Shown piece after piece: positions 61,467-64,000 of a DNA stretch of 64,000 bases (positions are counted from its first letter, which is position 1; each line of letters starts with the position of its first letter). Source of the stretch: Ministeria vibrans ATCC 50519 (taxonomy: Eukaryota > Protista > Filasterea). The stretch is from contig CALSCP010001735.1 of the NCBI GenBank assembly GCA_943704425.1, positions 62,001-126,000 on the forward strand. Direction: 5' to 3'. The translations under genes were made by a program, and so were the position numbers. The notes beneath the pieces are model-generated. The model did no database searches. It was not told where the DNA came from and saw nothing but the letters and a program-made list of their open reading frames with translations.

Positions 61467-62655
61467 TTGTTGTTGTTTTTGTTGTTGTTCCTGTTGTTTT
61501 TTGTTTTTATTGTTCATTATTAATTTTTTTTATTGTTCATCTTTCTTCTTTGTCAACTGTTGCAGATTATTTGTGAGACCGCAAAAACCAATCACAGTCA
61601 TCTTTGCGGTGCGACGACGACTTCCTCCGGGCTCGACAGCACGCGTGCGCATGGTCGCGCGCTTTGAGGCACCCGAACGCCGACACACACCTATTGTGCG
61701 CTGTCCCCTCCACTTGGTACCCACTCAGTCTGCCGCGCCAGCATTGCCTGGCGCCAAGCCGGTCGAGTCGCCGTCGGCGTCTCCCATCAAACCGACACGT
61801 CGTCAGGCGGCTGTCGCTGCCGCTGCAGCCGAAGCTGCTGCAGCCGCTGCAAAAGCCGCTCCTTCTTCTACCGCCTCCTCCTCTTCGTCGCACAGCGGCG
61901 CTCGCCGCAACCTGGACATATCATCGCGTCAACGCATGGACATCAGCTCATCTGGTGGTGGCGGCGGTGGTGGTGGTGGTGATAATGGTCCAACAGACAG
62001 ATTACTGATGCTTGCGCGCACAGCGAGCATGGCCGACGAAGACAAAATCAGCTTGCCCGACAATGACACACCCGTCGCACCAACGTCGCTCGAAGGTCGT
62101 CGCTTCATGGGCTCGTCCCTTCCGCCCCGCACTCAGTTTTTGCTGGTGCAAAATGACCGTGCCATGTACGAAGCGGTCGACGGTCACGAGACAGTCACTG
62201 TGCCACTGGTGCGTGCCGATGTCAGCTCGGGTACTACCCAGTTTGAAGTGCTCTCCATGGGCTGCTTCACGTCGTGCAAGTCCATCGACAAGCACGGAAT
62301 TGAGTTGCACTTTTCCCTCGAAATCGATGGTGTTGTAAAGGGCACCTACACCATTGGCGTGCGTGTATGTGCATGTCCTATTCGGTAAAAAGAAAAAGAA
62401 CCAACAATTATTATGAATTAAAACATTTTATTGTATTTTTTTTTTTTTTTTTTCCCTTTTAGTGACCATCGACAAGTGGAACAACCGTCGACAAAAAAGT
62501 CACGCAAAAAGTCGGATTTGGCAGCGGCAGCAGAAGCGGCAACGAACAACGGTTGGGAGCAGCAGCACCAGCAACAAACGTCACACCTGAACGGACGTCT
62601 GGCGCAGACACATCAATTGCAAGAACAGGGGGCCTACTATCAGCCTCAACTGCAT

Positions 62656-62697
<42 letters not shown>

Positions 62698-63353
62698 CCC
62701 GGTACTTCTCATGGTGCAGCCTTTCCTCCTATTGACGAGTCAGCACGAGTGCGACCCGCCTCACTTGTTGATGGGGACATTTACTGGCTCGGTGTGCGTG
62801 GCCAGCGCACCTACTTGGCGCTCAAGAGCATTGTCGAGCTCATTCCCAATGGATTAGTGACGCCAGGAACGTCACGAGCCAGTGGCACCACAACAACCGA
62901 CGGTGATGGTGACATTGATGTGGACGGCGACGACAACGACATCATTGCCACGGCGCAAGACAGCGACGCCACCTTTGTCGAGTGGCTCACCAACCTCCAG
63001 TTGTCCTCCTACATCCCCGTCTTTCGCAAATTCGGCTTCAACTCCCTTGCAGCGTGTGCCGATCTCAACGACGAAGACCTCGACATTCTCAACATCACTC
63101 TTGCGGGCCATCGCAAAGTTCTCAAGGTACAAACTTATTAAAAACACAACAAAAAAAGTGAATAAAAAATAATATAATTATTTATGGTATCTTTTTTTTT
63201 TTTCGATGTGTGCAGGAGTACGGGCGACGTCTGCACGAGCCAGTGCCCGTGGGAATTGGCATGTCCTCCGATGCCAGTCCCGTCCCTGCCCTCACGCCCT
63301 CTCAGATACCTACCAGTCGCACTCTTGCCAAGCGAACTCCCTCTCAACTCTAA
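60320..63353 (+). CDS. p53/p63/p73-family transcription factor (DNA-binding domain, oligomerisation domain, SAM)
   Basis: WIYSSTYNRLFV; IVRCPLH; MGCFTSC; GVRVCACPIRD; DGDIYWLGVRGQRTY; SAM EWLTNLQLSSYIPVF...LAGHRK. Confidence 0.9.
61340..61500. repeat. (TTA)n/(TTG)n intronic microsatellite
   Basis: Seen directly. Confidence 0.95.
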
Positions 63354-63483
63354 ACCCTTTGTGTTTTTTTTTTTCTTGTTTTTCTTCCTTGCCCCTTTTC
63401 GATTTGTTTCCCATAAAAATCAATCAAGTTTTGCAAACCGCAACATGAATACATCGTAAGACGTGTCACTTGGAAAAGACAAA

Positions 63484-64000
63484 TCAGTCGGTGGAGTCGG
63501 CATCGGCAGGTGGAAGATTGATGGTGACGCGGTGCCATGCGTTGCTCAGCACTCCCCGCACATTCCACACGGCAGCCGTGTCAGACGGTTGCGTATTGTA
63601 CCTACACACAAAGCCTTAAAAAGAGACAATTCTGGCAATTTGCTTACGAATGGTCGACTGCCTTGCACACAATAGTCACCGCGCTGTCGGCATTCTTGGG
63701 CACGGGTACGTCCGCATGCCACAGTGTCCAGCTCCATTTGCGCCCAAACTAGAAAACAAACAATATTTTATACATGTAGTCTCATCCAACTAACTGGGCA
63801 CATTCCGCTTCAGTGCAACCCTACCTGTTGTGTTTTCCTGCGCTGCCACACCAGCTCATCAGTGTCATCTTTGGCACTATCGGCATCGCCGTAGACTTGA
63901 AGCGTGGCGGTGGTCCAGTGCGCACCCGCATCAGCACTGACGTCAACACGCGCAATACCCTTGCCCCCTCCGCTCCACGCATAGCCCCTCACCGCAATCG
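63484..64000 (-). CDS. Sulfite oxidase-family molybdoenzyme, C-terminal dimerisation domain; 5' end outside the window
   Basis: [18 protein letters not shown]; WSWTLW; CKAVDHSYNTQP; [14 protein letters not shown]. Confidence 0.92.

Overview
Gene-dense, intron-rich eukaryotic scaffold. The gene content (p53-family protein with SAM, synaptojanin, Munc13-4/BAIAP3-like, axonemal dynein IC2, chorismate synthase, selenoprotein K) fits a flagellated unicellular holozoan; this is an inference and the species is not identified. About 21 protein-coding genes are recognisable. Main points: (1) 17058-18548 is an array of short (CCCTAA)n tracts alternating with co-oriented pieces of a non-LTR retrotransposon (shared precise 3' end, variable 5' truncation, RNase H-like and zinc-knuckle remnants), i.e. 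a probable telomere-targeted LINE at a chromosome end. (2) The gene next to it (18977-25042) is GREB1-like: a circularly permuted SF2 helicase with intact motifs fused to a TET/JBP-associated (base-J-type) glycosyltransferase. (3) SELENOK, missed by the ORF track, has an in-frame UGA and a canonical type II SECIS. (4) MON2 and SEC24 are split and VPS26 and FCF1 are truncated at microsatellites or N gaps, so the scaffold is probably mis-joined. Coordinates of multi-exon genes are spans inferred by hand from splice signals and homology.
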